From Zygnema circumcarinatum SAG 698-1b (taxonomy: Eukaryota > Plantae > Zygnematophyceae): a DNA stretch of 64,000 bases. Each line of letters begins with the position of its first letter. Position 1 is the first letter of the stretch. The stretch covers positions 2,232,001 to 2,296,000 of the forward strand of contig CM074814.1 in assembly GCA_037447605.1 (NCBI GenBank), written 5' to 3'. The notes beneath the pieces are model-generated. The model was not told the DNA's origin. It made no database searches and saw only the letters and a program-made list of their open reading frames with translations. Positions 61,549 through 64,000 of this stretch are shown here, piece by piece. The position numbers were made by a program, and so were the translations under genes.

Positions 61549-63303
61549 ATGGCATCTTGCAGCTCGGTCTCAGTCTCAGCCTCAATCTCTGCTCGTCTAT
61601 GGAGCTCTGGCAGCACCTGCTCCGCCTCCCAGAGCTTTGCTTCGTTTTGTTGCCAGCCTCCTTTAGACGCATTCAACAGACATTATTCTGCAGTGCAATC
61701 TTCGAAATCTCTCAACAACACAGTTTTCGCCATTTCTGAGTATTCAACACAACTGGATCTTAACACCTCTTGCAGTCAAGGCTTTCCTGCAAACGGCATT
61801 GCCTGCTGCCCTAGCGGCTGGAATAAAGGCACCTTGTCTGGCAGCCTGCGTAGGGAAAACCTGCCTCGCGGTCCAAATAGCAGTAGTTTAGTACTGGAGC
61901 AAAGAGGGCGATGCTGTTGCTCAAGCAGAGTTCAAGCAGGAGCAGGCATTTGGAAAGGCGCCGAAGAGTCGGAGATACATGAAGGAAAGGTATCTCTTAT
62001 TGGATTGTTGCAACAGAATAATGCGGCGACAAAAGCAGAAAGAGGAGAGCTGGATGTGACAGGTGTGTTGGAACGAAGCTGTGATGAAGCCGCTGGAGGA
62101 ATTGACGTGACAGCTGGCGAGAGTTTACGGCGAGGGTCTCATTTTTATGGCCACAGTCAGGCTGTTGAAGAAAGCACTTCATCCGCTGAAATTGGTGGTC
62201 GACTTCATTACAGTGAAAGTTTGGCTACACAGGAGGAAACATGCGCAAGAGGAGCAAGCAGTGATGGAAGTCAATTATCGAGCTATGGTGGAGTAGGAGA
62301 GGAGAGTAATTCCCAAAGAGAGGAAATGTGGATGAATCATGGGGTATCATTCGGTGGTGCAACGACAGAGGAGGCAGTGAAAGAGAAGAGAATGGACTCT
62401 ACAGTTCCACTGCTGACAGAGGCAACAGTCTTCAAGTCGGAGCAGAAAAGTAATCATGTAAAGGCAGCATGGGAAGCTCTCGTCCGGTGGTCAAGGTTCT
62501 GGCGGTCATCCAAAAACAACGAGGATAATGCATTGTTGAAGACGACAAAGGTGTAATTTTTTTTTCTAGCTGCCGCTCCCCTCCCCCCTCCTCCACGTTT
62601 TCCTTTATATTTGCCCATTCCATGCGCTTTGCGGGGCTTTGGGGGCAATTTAGCCTTATAGCAATACAAAAACTTCATTTTCACTTTCTCACTGCCTAAA
62701 CTGGTTGAATTTGGCTGTCTGCACAATCCCATGCACGAAGTGATTGCCATAGGAAGGGAGTGGGTCTCCTTCAGTCTTCCTGCAGGTTAGGTCTTTGGAT
62801 TGACTATGCACAAAGAATCTATGAGGGCTTGTTTGCATGAAGAGGATTTTGCATCTGGTATCTTACGAACAACAGTATTTTTTGGGGGCAGATTGCGATT
62901 TTTGGTGGAGGTTCGTTCGGCACAGCCATGGGAGTGATGCTTGCAAGAAATAAAGCAGATATGGATGTCGTACTGCTGATGCGCAGTACTAATGTGTGTG
63001 AAGAGATCAACGACCAACGGACGAATAAGTGAGTCTGCAACGAGCGGGTTTGCTGAACAATGCAGCTTCTTATTCAGATTTGCCGCGTATGTTGTCCTTC
63101 TTCATGTAGAAACTGAATAACTTTGTAGTATCAAGTTTCTGCTTGCAATATCATGTTAAAATCCCTCTTCAGCTAAGTACGTATTGAATGGATGCAGGAA
63201 ATATTTTCCAAATCATAAATTACCGGATAACGTGAGAGCTACAACAGATCCAAGGGAGGCTATTGATGGAGCACAGTATTGTATACATGCTGTACCAGTT
63301 CAG
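61549..63303 (+). CDS. GLY1: Plastid NAD(P)H-dependent glycerol-3-phosphate dehydrogenase (GLY1/SFD1-like), first 3 exons only; the rest is not seen in the window
   Basis: AAWEALVRWSR; IAIFGGGSFGTAMG..LARNKADMDV; YFPNHKLPDNVRATTD..YCIHAVPVQ. Exons 61549-62550, 62892-63029, 63198-63303. Confidence 0.88.
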
Positions 63304-64000
63304 GTCCTTGTCTGAAACCCTGCTCGCTCCATGTTATTGACCTAAGCCGATTTCTTCAATTTTCTTTCCTATAGTAGAGCCTCACTCTTTGGCCGGGATA
63401 AGCGTGGAAGTCTTTTTGCCTAGTGCCTTCTGTTGATCATTCCTCGTTGTTGTGGCATCGGTTAGACTTGGGAGTAACAAGCTTCCAAGCTGAGGACAGT
63501 TTTTTTCCAGCCAGTAGCTGAAGGTTCTGCTTTTCAAGCAGCACCATGTACACAAGAGATAACCGAGAAAGGTTTGATGACAGTCAAACATTGAAAAGTC
63601 GAATAATTGGAAGCTTATATTTGGAAAGACTCAGCCTTTGGTCCTGTTGGTTAAGAATACACGTTTTTGAGGGGTGGGAGATGGAGGATAGATTTTTTCT
63701 TTGGCAGGGACAGGAGTACAAATGTGTACAAATTAGATTTACAAAAGTGACACAAATGTTGGATTTCAATTGTCGTTTTCAATTAAATTCGATGAAGTAG
63801 CGTAACTTCTGAAAAGGGAAAGGAATCTGAGGATTGAAAGCACGAAGTCGAAGAACTTGGAAAAGGTTGAAAAATGCTTAAACCTTCCTCGAGATGTTCT
63901 GGTGAGGTAATGCGATTATAGTTGATGATGGCCACTTGCTTTCCTGACAGATTTAGAAGCCACTGAAATTGAGTATGAGGCATTTGAACGTTATATTATA

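Noticed and set aside
63304-64000. G3PDH truncation or a nested minus-strand gene (GKQVAIINYNRITSPEHLEE)
   Set aside because: The next exon may simply lie beyond the window edge, and the minus fragment is too short to support.

Overview
Eukaryotic nuclear DNA, gene-dense and intron-rich, with GT-AG introns, many CT/GA microsatellites and four N gaps. The gene set suggests a non-seed streptophyte such as a conjugating green alga or bryophyte (inference). I reconstructed 14 recognisable genes by eye: PCC13-62 desiccation protein, YrhK-type membrane protein, fungal-type Nha1/Sod2 Na+/H+ antiporter, PetM, Hsp70-8, CHID1, thylakoid signal peptidase I, PPR-SMR, MPP-beta, FIP, a pyridoxamine-phosphate-oxidase-like protein, a CAMK-group kinase, a bacterial-type P450 and plastid G3PDH (partial). 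There are also a few orphan or uncertain coding segments. Two non-coding signals stand out. (1) A rigidly spaced 53-54 bp inverted dyad, CCAAT-N8-GYCAYGT-N13/14-ACGTGGC-N8-ATTGG (two ERSE-like units facing each other), recurs at six separate loci, five of them gene-proximal. (2) A roughly 1 kb non-autonomous foldback element has 14-bp TIRs, an 8-bp TSD, a body of palindromic modules and a central ~180-nt hairpin. It occurs as two diverged tandem copies plus a degenerate copy in a bidirectional promoter. All splicing and family calls come from motif recognition, not database searches.
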